DNA of 63,754 bases, counting the filler, from Reclinomonas americana ATCC 50394 (Eukaryota): NCBI GenBank assembly GCA_048213135.1. It is 4 parts of one record of this genome, joined end to end, with 100 filler letters (N's around TTAATTAATTAA, not from the genome) between each part and the next. Parts side by side here need not be neighbours in the genome. Positions count along the whole stretch, not along the records: positions 12,314 to 41,892 come from PS015036.1; 3 more parts are not named here. One strand, written 5' to 3'. The first letter of the stretch is position 1, and every line of letters begins with the position of its first letter. This document shows positions 12,921 through 24,400 of this stretch, one piece after another. The translations under genes and the position numbers were made by a program. The notes below the pieces were generated by a model, which saw only the letters and a program-made list of their open reading frames with translations, made no database searches and was not told the DNA's origin.

Positions 12921-15235
12921 TCAAATGCGTACCGGCTCACTCGACGATGGCGACGCCTGGCTCATCTCCGTGTCGGTGTTTCCCAGCGACTGCAGAAAGC
13001 ACCTCTTGAGTGAGAGAGAGAGAGAGAGAGAGGGCCACAACCTACAAGAAAGCTGCGACACGGACCTTGTACTTGTTGAGCTCGCGCTTCCGCATGCACA
13101 CGCACAAAATGGCGGTGGCGATGACAGCGGTCAAGCCGAGACCGAGACCCAAACCGAGTGCCAGTGCCAGCCGATTGGACGCTGCATGATGCCATGGAGC
13201 GTGAGACCACTCATAAAGAAAGGAGCAAGCGCATGCAGCAAGCGCAACCTTCTTGGCACGCGGCGCCCAAGTAACCCGCATCTGCGACACACGAGAGGCA
13301 ATGAGCGCACGTCCCCACCAAGTACACCTCTTCTTGCCTCTCACACGACTTACCGCACTCGCACGTGCCGAGGTTGCAGCGGCCGTGGCCGTTGCAGAGG
13401 TTGGCGCAGTTCGGGTAGCACGTGTCGGAGATCTGGAAGAGCGTGTCGGGCTGGGGACCCGGCACAAAGTTGGAGAACGAGAACACAATGTCGATCGGTG
13501 TGGTGCCGCCGCCAACCGGCTCGTAGCGTGTGCCGATGATGTGTGCTCTGCGCGCGCAATGGTGAGTCGCCATGGAGCAGACACAGAGAGGAGGAGGATG
13601 CAGGTGCCGCAACTCTACGGGCACACGCGCGCCGGGCAGGCCAACAAACACCCAGGTGGGGAGCGCATACGAATACGAGATGGTGCCGGCCTCCCTGTGC
13701 GGCGCATGCATGAGGGGCTGCAAATCAGCGCTCTATGCAACACATAGGCACACACACACACCTCATGCCGTCGACTGTGCGTTCAAACTTGCCAACCCAA
13801 ATGTCGCACGGAATGCCGCGTGCTGTCAACAGCGCACACAGTCATCAATGAGATATCACAAGAGCAGCGGTGCACAAGGCCGCATACACACAAACCCTCG
13901 CCCTGTGAGGTCCACACTTCGTCGGAGCTGGGGTAGCCAAGAATGTCGCCCGCTGTGAGGCAGAAGAGACGTGTCAATCGACAGCACAGAGACGCAAGAG
14001 GGAAGTGCTCTCGAGTACACTGAAGGAGAATGCTCTGTGTTCTCTTGTTCGTGCGGTCTCTTGTGGACTCTTGCTCTCCTCACCACTTGTCTCCTCCCTT
14101 TCTTCGCGTAAACTACGACACTTTCCACCTGCTACATCGCCTCTGCTCGCAATCGCTCACATGCCTGTTGTCTTCTTCGTCTCACATTTCGGTAAGCTAC
14201 ACCAAGGTGACTTGTCTCTCCTTGAGCCTCTTTGACACACTATCCTGCTCACTCCCTCTCGTCTCTCGGGCTTGCTTGCATAACTTGCTTTCTTTTCTAC
14301 TCAATCTTCTACATTGCACATCCTCGCACACCGTCTAACATGTCTTCATCACATCCATTTTGTTGCACCTCACCAGAGTGACTTGTCTTTCATCCCGTCT
14401 AGCAGTGATGTACTGAACCTCCTTCACACACTATCCTGCTCACTCCCTCTCGTCTCTCGGGCTTGCTCGCATAACGCTTTCTTTCTTCTTGCCCTCTCAA
14501 TCTTCTTTCCCTCCGGCCATGCTGCGTTAAACCTCGCATACTCGCGCTTGCAAGTGCTCTTGTCGTGCCTTGTCTTCTTCCTTTCCCCCTTCCCCTTCCC
14601 TCCCTCTCCTTCCACGCAACGAGAGACCGTGTTAAACATGGCATGCACCGGATCGAATCCAAACGGCGGCGCCGTCACCGGCGTGCACTGATCCCGCCCT
14701 CGCCGATCCCACACATACCCCGAATGCGCCGTGTAATTGTACACTCCCACAAAGTTCTGAGTCGCCGAGCGGCGCTGGTAAAACACGCGCATGTAGATCA
14801 AGTCCAACGTCTCATCCAAGTCAGTCCTGCACACGATGCATGCATGCGTGCATGCAGGAGTGAGGCTCATGCATGCTCTCTCTCTCTCTCTCTCTCGCGG
14901 TGTGCGTGCGTGTGTGTGTGTGTGCGAGAGAGAGACTCTTTCTCTCGTTCCTCTGTTGTCTCCTTCGCTTGTCTCTCTCCCCCTCTCCCTTCTCCTTGCT
15001 CTCTCTCTCTCTCTCTCTCCCTTCTTCTTCTCGTCCCTTTCTCTCTTTCCTCACGCAACGACGAGCGCAGCTGCAGGTCATTCGTTTGCACACTGATGGA
15101 GAACTGCAGCGGGAGCAGCGGCAGTGGATCGCCTGCTGCGGCCTCGGAGGGCGTTGGCAGCACACACGCGGTCAGCACCACCGCCACAGCAGTGGCGGCG
15201 AGGAGTGCGAGAAGAAGCGACCGTCGCCTGCTCAT
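12921..15235 (-). CDS. Type I membrane protein: ependymin/EPDR (LolA-fold)-like domain + EGF-like domain + TM
   Basis: Signal peptide; PLLPLQFSISVQ; FSFSNFVPGPQPDTLFQISDTC (ependymin-like C-terminal motif); CANLCNGHGRCNLGTCECDAGYLGAAC (EGF); TM LALALGLGLGLGLTAVIATAILCVC; short tail. Confidence 0.65.
14207..14475. repeat. Imperfect intronic direct repeat (~50 bp core, 2 copies)
   Basis: acacactatcctgctcactccctctcgtctctcgggcttgct occurs at ~14235 and ~14426. Confidence 0.7.
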
Positions 15236-15400
15236 GTGCACGGGATGAGATGCGATGATGATGGACGTGATGACTCATTTTTGTGTGTTCAATAAACGAT
15301 GATGGAGCGCGGATGTGGACCGGGAACCGTGCATTTACGCACTGGACCACGCGCACTCGAGGGGAGAAAAACAACAACGAACACGCGACACATTGTGTGC

Positions 15401-18400
15401 TTAGAACTTCTTGCTGTCGCACAGGTGGATCGACGAGCAGAGCTTGTCGGGATCGCCCTTGTTGATGAAGCTGTGGGACGAAAGAGTGTCAGATAACAAA
15501 CCGCTGCACGACGGCGAGGACGACAATGAAGGCGCAACTACTGGATAATGTAGGCCGAGTACTCGCTCACAATGGCCTCGCAGGGAGCCGACACTGATGA
15601 CGGGAACAGCTCGCAGGCCTTGTCGAGCCAGGCTGTGACACGGATAGGTGAGCATACATAGCTGGAAAGCGTGTTTCGTGGCGACGAGCGCAACTCTGGA
15701 TCTCGGTCTCGGTGGCATTGGCGCTCAGCGCGTGCTCAGCCAGGCTGACGAGGTACTCGCAAGCTGCGTCGAGGGAGACGATTGAGCAAGAGAGAAAGAA
15801 GGGCAGACTCACACACACGCAGTGACCAACCAGCGCACTCAAGGCCGCCAGCAACCTGGACCTTCGGCAGAGTCACGGGCTCCTCCACAATGCGCGAGCG
15901 GATGGACTGGTGCGAGCGGGCAACCTTGACAAAGGTGGGGGCGGCAGCAGACTGATCGCGCAGAGACACACCATGAGAAGGGGAGAAGAGGAGAACATGA
16001 AGCTAAAAAATACAGTACCTTGCACAGCTTGATGTGCTGGCAGAACTGAGCCGGGGTGCCGATCTTCTTCACCAGGTACTGCGCGTGCTTATATGAGAAC
16101 ATCTCGTCATTGTGAAACGACAAATAGACTGTGGCACACACCTGGATGAGGTAGTCGCCGTACGAGTCAATGATCTGGTCGCACACCGACGTCAGCGAGG
16201 CCGGGAGGAACTTGCAGACGTTGGCCACCAGCGTCTCACTGCAGAGCGCGTGAGTTGCTCCATTCACAGCCAAGTAGACAGCGCACCACGATCCACGCAA
16301 CATCTCCTTGTCCGTTGGCTCCTGCGACAGCTCGCTCTCGATGATCGCCATGGCGTACTCGCAGCTGTGCAAAACAAAGAGATTGTCAGCATTCTCTTCA
16401 CCCACTGCTGAGCAATCAGCGACAAATGACGCAACGCAGGGCACTCCCACGAGACCTCCAGCGACTCGGTGCTGGTGGCGGGGGCCTTCTTCTGCACACA
16501 CACACACAGAGACAAGATAGTGGTGAGACGAGAACAAAGACACGACTGCTTCTTCCCATCAGCGCTCACCGAGCACACGCCAATGTGAGTGCAGAACTGC
16601 ACCGGCGTGCCCATCTTGTTCACGAGGAACTGCCACGATGCACACACCACTCAGCATTCACGACGCAATCGGCAGACAATACAAATGGACACCGATGCAC
16701 ACCTCGATCAGCTGATCGCCGTACTGGTTGAACATGGAGACGCACAGCTGCTGGATCTCTCCGGGCAGGAACTTGCACAGGTTGTCGACGACCTTGATGC
16801 TGTGGAGAGACTCTTCTCGTCAGAGATCACTTGCAGTAAAGTCTCTTCTCCTGCAGTGCACGACGCAACATGTCGGCCTCGGTGGCGTTGTCGCCCAGCT
16901 GGGACTCCAGAATGCCCATGGCGTACTCGCACCTGCATGCGGCACAGTGTGAGAGGGATGAAGAACACACAAAGAGACGTGATCGTGCCAAACAACGCAA
17001 CAGAGCGCACTCAGTGCCGCTCGACGCGGACACGGGCTCCGGCAGCTGGCTCGGCTTCGGGCACAGCGCAATCTTGACGCACAGCTGAGGAAGAAGACAA
17101 AAGTGTCAGCCGGGCAATCAATCCAACAACCACGTCAAGCGGCGTCAAGGTACCGTCTGCGGGTCCTCCTTGTTGATCAGGTAGTCTGCACAAATTACAA
17201 ATGTAAGAGACGACACACAAAACGCAATAAGATAGGAGGGCCAGTCCACTCACCAATGATGACCGGGCCGTAGATCTCGATAATGGTCTGTGGCATCTCC
17301 CTCAAGTTAGTCGTCACCGATCCACGCACAGTGAGACACACACGGCACGCAACGTCGCAGTCGGCCTTCAGCGAGCCCGGGAGCAGGCGGCACACGTTGG
17401 TGATAAAGTCGACAATCTCCTTCTCGGTGCGGTTGTTGGCGACAAAGCCCTCAGCCAGAGTCGCAATGTACTGGCACGCCTGAGAAGAAAAAGTAGAAAT
17501 GGTTAGCACACAACATGCACAAGCGTGCGGATAAAAGGAAATGACCCGACGTACCGTGCACTTCAGGTCCAACTGCACCGACTGGGGAGCAGTGTGGGTC
17601 TTGCTACCGCACAGCTTGATCTGCGCGCAGATCTGACAACAGAAAAAAACATACAAGGTAAGCTCCTAATCATCACAAGTAGCCGCAAATTCCTGGCGGG
17701 ACTCACCGTGGCCGGAGGCTCACGGTCCAGCAGCAGCTGAATCAGCTGGGGGGTATACGAATCGATGATGCTCTGCCAAGTTTCGCCCCACCAGTGAGCC
17801 ACTGCAAAAAAGAAAAAAACACACGACCACACCGCTCTCACCTCGCACAGGCCCTTCATGGCCGACGGCACAATGTTGCACACGTTCTCGAGGAACTTGG
17901 CGATCTCGGCCTCGGTGGCATTGTTGCCGAGGGCGTTCTCCGCCAGACCCATCATCCACTCGCACGCAGAGCACTCAAAGCCACCAGTGCTGGGCTCCTC
18001 AGTCTCAGTCTTGCAGATGCCAATCTGCGAGCAAATCTGCGCCACACTCACACGCGTCAACACACCATCACCGTCATCCATCTAACAGTACATTAGTACG
18101 CACCGTGGCCGGGGGCTCGCGAGCCAGCAGCAGCTGGATCAGCTGGGGAGTGTAGCCATCGATAATGCTCTGCCACGCAAAGTGAGCACATCATATGCTT
18201 TTCGCAAAGCATGCTTGACGCAGTACCTCGCACAGGCCCTTCATGGCCGACGGCACAATGTTGCACACGTTCTCGAGGAACTTGGCGATCTCGGCCTCGG
18301 TGGCGTTGTTGCCGAGGGCGTTCTCCGCCAGACCCATCATCCACTCGCAGACCTGCACACACACACACACACACACAAAAAAAAAAAACAGTCAACATGT

Positions 18401-21400
18401 CGTGCGCAACGGAGCCACGAATGAGACTGAAAGAAGTAAAGGACGGACCGAGCACTCAAAGCCGCCGACGGTGACCTTCTCGGACTCCGCGCGCTTGCAA
18501 ATGCCCAGCTGGCCGCACAGCTGCACATGCGCGAGTCAGTTTGTAAGAGCGTTAAAGGGACAGAAAGAAATCAAAGAGAATGCACGCACCGTAGCCGGCG
18601 GCTCCTTGTTGATCAGGCGCTGGATCAGAGCGGGGCCGACCTGCGCAATGACAGCGTCGCACACCTGCTCCAGGCTGGCCGGCAGGACCTTGCACACGTT
18701 CTCGACAAAGGTGACGCTGTGTGAATGGGGTCAGTTATCACGACAATCGGAAGGTATTTCGTCTTTCGTTACGCAACATCTCCTGCTCGGTGCGCTCCGA
18801 CTGAATGAACTGCTCAGCCAGGCTGCAAAATGATGAAAGAGAGTGAGTATGGAATCACCAAGCTTAGTTGTGTAAACCCATTCTCTCACCTCACAATGTA
18901 CTCGCAAGCGGCGCACTCAAAGCCGCCCAGGCGGGGGGTGGCGACCTCAGCGGCCTTGGGGCACAGCTTGATCTGGCCGCACAGCTGCAGCGAGGAGGAG
19001 GAGAAAGAAGGGGAAAGAGTGAGCTCACGAAACCGCCACACACACACAGCGAGCAGTTCCACACACCGTGGCCGGATCCTCCTTGTTCAGCAAAAAGTCC
19101 ACACTGCCACAATGGAAAAATAAACACCATGCTCACGCACACACATATCTGCATGTAATCGCACGCAACATGACGGGCGCGTAGGCATCAATGAAGGCAT
19201 CGCACTCGGTCTTCAGCTCTCCCGGCAGCAGGACGCACACAGACTCCACAAAGTGCGCAATCTCCTGCTCGGTGCGGTTCGACGCCATGAACTGCTCAGC
19301 AATGGCCGCAATGTACTCGCACGCCTGTGTCATAATTGCGAGGTGAGCGCGTGACAAAGAGCAGCATCGATACGACACCAGAGTTGCATCAACGAACCGC
19401 GCACTTCATGTCGCCCAACGGCTTGATGGTGGCCTGCGGGTTCGGGCACAGGTGGATCTTGGCGCAGGCAACGTTGCCCGGCAGCTGCATAGATTGCAGT
19501 CAGAACACACACACACACACACACACACNNNNNNNNNNNNNNNNNNNNNNNNNNNNNNNNNNNNNNNNNNNNNNNNNNNNNNNNNNNNNNNNNNNNNNNN
19601 NNNNNNNNNNNNNNNNNNNNNNNNNNNNNNNNNNNNNNNNNNNNNNNNNNNNNNNNNNNNNNNNNNNNNNNNNNNNNNNNNNNNNNNNNNNNNNNNNNNN
19701 NNNNNNNNNNNNNNNNNNNNNNNNNNNNNNNNNNNNNNNNNNNNNNNNNNNNNNNNNNNNNNNNNNNNNNNNNNNNNNNNNCACACACACACACACACAC
19801 ACACACACAGTGATGTCAAGAGAACATCACGCCACCACGCACCTTCTGCTGGATGACCTGGATCAGCAGCGGCAGGTAGTGGTTGACGGTGCTGGAGCAC
19901 ACGCCGCTCAGCCACGACGGAGCCTTGTTGCAGACGTCGTCGAGGGCGTTCTCGATCTCGGCCTCGGTGGCGTTCTGGCCGACCACCTGCTCGACCTCGT
20001 CGACAATGTACTTGCAAATGGCGCACTCGGCTGTGTTCTCCACCGCCGGGATCACGTCGACAGTCGCACGCATGCGCAGCGTCGGCGCACCCGCCGCCGC
20101 CACCATGGTGGTCGCGGTCATCGTGGAGCTCGTGGTGCTGCTGGACTTGCACAGACCAATCTCCTTGCAAATCTGCTGCGGCGACTGCTTCTGCAGCAGC
20201 AGCTGAATCTACAAAAGGCAAAGGTAGAGAGTGACGCGTGAGCAAATAGACAAAGTCACCACAGGGAGAGTGAGAGATGTGTACCAGCTGCGGCGTGTAG
20301 TCGTCAATGAGCTCGGTGCAGACGCCCTTGAGTGCCGACGGCAAGACACTGCACACCTGTGTGTCGAAGGATAAGATTCCGGGATCCCGTCAGTCAATAA
20401 ACATGAAGTAAAGGCGTCTCCCCAAGACACGCGCACGCACCTCGCCCAACACCTGCTCGATCTTGGCCTCGGTGTAGTTGCCGGCCAGCAGCTTCTCCAC
20501 CTCAGTCATGACAAGCTCGCACAGAGAGCACTCGAGGCCACCCTGCACAATCGTCTCCTCGTGCTGCTGCACGCGAGTGTACACCGTGACCGGCTGCTCC
20601 GACACCGTGATCTCCACATGAGAGCCCTGCACAGTCTCCGTCACAGTCACCAGCTCTGCACACACGCACAGACAAAGAGAGAGGCCGTTAATGGCGCGCC
20701 ATGTCGAGCACAGTTTTTTTCAGACGAGCACAAAAAGGACTCCACGCGCGCGCGTGTGCACAAGTGGACAGCGCACCACGCAGCACTGTGAGAGACGTCA
20801 CCTCCGTGCGAAGAGAGATGCCGTGACTCGAATATGCGGGGGTCGAAATGTCGTCGATCACACACTTGTGTCTCTCTCTGCGCTCTCTTCTCTCTTCTCA
20901 CTCACACACACACTCACCAGCAGGCGAGCTGTAGACGGCATCGGTGTTGACCGAGGAAGCAGCGCAACGGCGAATGGCGGTGCAGACGGTTTCGGGGGTT
21001 TCACGGGCGACGATGGCGTGCACGAGCGCGGGGGTCTCCGCATTTACGACTTGTGTGCAGAGCGCAGACAGAGTGCCCGGCAGTGCGGCGCATGCCTTGT
21101 GCAGCACAGCCTCCACCGCCTCCACTCCCGTCGTCGAGTCGACGAAATTCTCCGCTTCCGCCACCAGGAACTCACACTGTTGCGCGTGCACACACACAGA
21201 GTGAGCGACAGTGTGCGTGTGTGTGTGTGTGAGAGAGAGCAAGGTACGAGCGTCTGTGCGAGAAGTGGCACACACACGCGCCGCCATGTCTGATTCCTCT
21301 CTCTCTCAGCACTCACCAGCGCACACTCAGTGGCCTGTGTGGACGAGGGCGCTGCGCTTGCGACGCAGCTCAGTGCCAGCAGGCACGCAATGACGAGACA

Positions 21401-21421
21401 GCAAAGCACGCTCGCTCGCAT
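15401..21421 (-). CDS. Prosaposin-like polyprotein with about 11 saposin-B domains
   Basis: Signal peptide MRASVLCCLVIACLLALSCVASA, then repeated ECxxC...N(A/R/Y)TE.EI...VC..LP.....C...I..Y...LI.......P...C..I..C units. I counted 11 after manual splicing. Ends ...LCSSIHLCDSKKF*. Confidence 0.9.
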
Positions 21422-21468
21422 CGAACAACGAATGATTGAATGATTTCATGATTAATTGACTGATTGGC

Positions 21469-24400
21469 TCATGAAAACCGCGGCTTTCCCGGCGAAGGTT
21501 GTCGCGGTGGAGTGCGCGCCATGAGTCGCTGGAAAATGTCATCGGGGTTGCCACGACGAATACGCTGTGCGATGATCGTGTCGGCGAGGGCCTCTGGATG
21601 GATCGACGGGAGCACCCAGCTGCGTGGTCGCTCCTGCTCGGTCCACGTTGCGCTGAAGGATTGAGGTGGTGGTGCTGCAGGCAGAGGCATGGATGGAGGC
21701 GGTCCGCGAGGCGAGGTGTTGCCGCCCATGGAGCTGGCAAAGATGGCCGACGGGACGTGGTTGTCGTCGGCGTTGGCCATTGGAGGTGGCGAGACGGGCA
21801 CGAAGCGACGGAGAACGTCGCGTGGATGCATCATTGGGGCCTCGTCGTGCGCACCACCGCGAGCGGAGCGCATGAACATGGAGGGTGCGACGGCGGACTG
21901 GAAGCCGGGACGCGATGAGTCGTGCAGAATCGGCGTGTCGGCCCACGAGGGAGGCAGGAGCAGCGGGCGTCGAGGGTAGATGCGATCGCGCGAGAGAATG
22001 CTGCTGTCGCCGGCGGAGGGTGGTGGAGCTGCGGCCGTCGACGTGGGCAGGGCCATTGGTCGGCGAGAGTACGCGCGTTGGGCGTCTTCGGCGACGGAGG
22101 GGCGAGGAGAGTTCGGATCGCGTGGTGGCATGCCAGTGGAGGACAGCATCATGGGACGGCGAGAGTAATCGCGACCGTCGGTCAGCCGATCTGGAATGGA
22201 GTCAATGGCCGACTGCAGTGCCGCAATGGGGCTGGCGGGGAGTGGAGGCGGCGGCGTTGGCAGGGATGGCGGCGGCGGCGGCAGCGAGTGGTGCGCCGGT
22301 GGCGACGGATGATGCAGCGTGGTCGAGGCGGAGCCGGCGGTGTTGGAGAAGGAGGCGCCCGAGTAGGCGTCGCGCTGGCGAGCCACCGCAGTGGCCGCCA
22401 TTGACGCAAAGAATTGCGCCTTGCGCTGCGCTTCCAGTGCGCCACTCTGCTGCTGCTGCTGCGAGTGGTGTGCGCCAAAGCGCGGCGGCGACGGCGGCGA
22501 CGGCGGCGACTGCAGGCGTGCTGCGGTGGCGGCCGCATTTGCCGCAATCATGGCATCCTGATCGTCCTCCTCGGCCCCCTCAAAGCCCACCATGGCTTCG
22601 GCCACTGGCACCAGCGGCACACGAGAACGCCGATCGCGACGGGGATCAAACGGCTGCTCGTCGCTGTTACTGCCACGTGGAGAGAGAGCTCTCGGCGACG
22701 TGGCAGCCGACATGAGTGGTGACTGCAGGGCGGAGCCAGGCGCAGACAGCTGGCGTGGCGGCGTAGCATTCTGGTCGGCGTTGAAGCGACCACTTGTCGG
22801 TGACACCAGCAGCGAGTTGGCATTCAACGGCGCCAGCGCGAGTGCAGCCGACGCCTTGCCGGCACGATCTGAGCGACGACGCGCCAACAGATTGTCCACA
22901 GGCGTGAGACCCGCACCGCCACTGACACTTGAGCCGGCAGAGACGAGAGCAACACCAGCCGCAGGCGCCACGGCCACGGAGCGCGGCGACTGCGAGTCGT
23001 AACTGCCGTGGTCGTCCGCGGCCGCCGTGTACACCGGCTCCGGCTGCTCCATCTCCGTGTGCTGCCCGTATTCGTCGTCGTCGTCGTCATCGTCGTCGCC
23101 CTTGGGCGTCGACATGGTCCACGGGAGCAGACCTGTGGTCGACGAAACGGCGGCAGTGGCTCGCTGGCGCGGACTGCTGGCCGCGGCGGCGGCGGCCTCT
23201 TGGCGCGCCACCAGGTGCAGAATGTTGGCGGCCTGGGTGAGCGTGCGCGCCACGTGGTCGGGGCCGGCGGCACTGGCCACAGACATGTCGCGTCGTGCCG
23301 GCGTGGCGGCGCCAGGCGTCGTCGGCATGGAGAAGGCCTCGGCGACGAGTGGCGTCAATGAACCAGGCGTGTGCGCCGCAGAAACGGGTGCCGTGAAGCT
23401 GCCGGCGACAGCGGCAGCCATTCGCAGCATGCGCGGAGGAGGCTGCATGTCGGGCAGCGCCGGCAACGGCGGCGGGGGCGGTGGCGGCAGTGGAGTGTCC
23501 GTGGTGGCAAGCAGTGCAGGCGGCTCCGGTAACGCCTGCCCACCAGCTGTCATTGCACGTAGCGACGAAGCGCTGCTGGATGGCGAGCCAGAGGGCGACT
23601 GCAGTAGCGCCCGCCGATCATTGTCCAGCGACGCGTTGTTGTTGTTCGCACTGCCGGTCGACGACCTCGTGGATGAGGCGTTGGCAGAGGGCGGACGCGT
23701 GACGACCGGTGAGTTGGCCGTGGGTGACCAAGCGTCGACCGACTTGAGCTCCGGAGGCGAGAACATGAAGGGTGGCGGAGACAGGGCCATCGGTGAACTC
23801 AACAACTCCATTTCGCCCTGCATCAGTGGCTGCTCCTGCTTTGCTTGTTGACGGCGACGGCGGCGGCGACGAATGACCAGCACGACAATGAGGCCGGTGA
23901 CCAGCAACGCCAACAACACCAGGCCGCCAACAAGCAGGCCAATCGCCAGCGGGGACAGGCCGCTGCTCAGCGCCGATGCCACTGCGCGAGAGAGTGAACA
24001 CAAATTGGACGTGAGCAAATCAAACAAGCACTTCAGAGAAGGGGGGCGAGTGCGCGCGCACCATTGACACCCGTAATGGAATACACTTCGCTGTCGACAA
24101 ACACGGTCGGTGCACTGGCGTCCACCACGCGAGCCTGCAGAAGCANNNNNNNNNNNNNNNNNNNNNNNNNNNNNNNNNNNNNNNNNNNNNNNNNNNNNNN
24201 NNNNNNNNNNNNNNNNNNNNNNNNNNNNNNNNNNNNNNNNNNNNNNNNNNNNNNNNNNNNNNNNNNNNNNNNNNNNNNNNNNNNNNNNNNNNNNNNNNNN
24301 NNNNNNNNNNNNNNNNNNNNNNNNNNNNNNNNNGAAGAGGTGAATAAAAACTTCACACGCACACGAAAAAAAGTGCACACGACTCAAACCTGTAGCGAGC

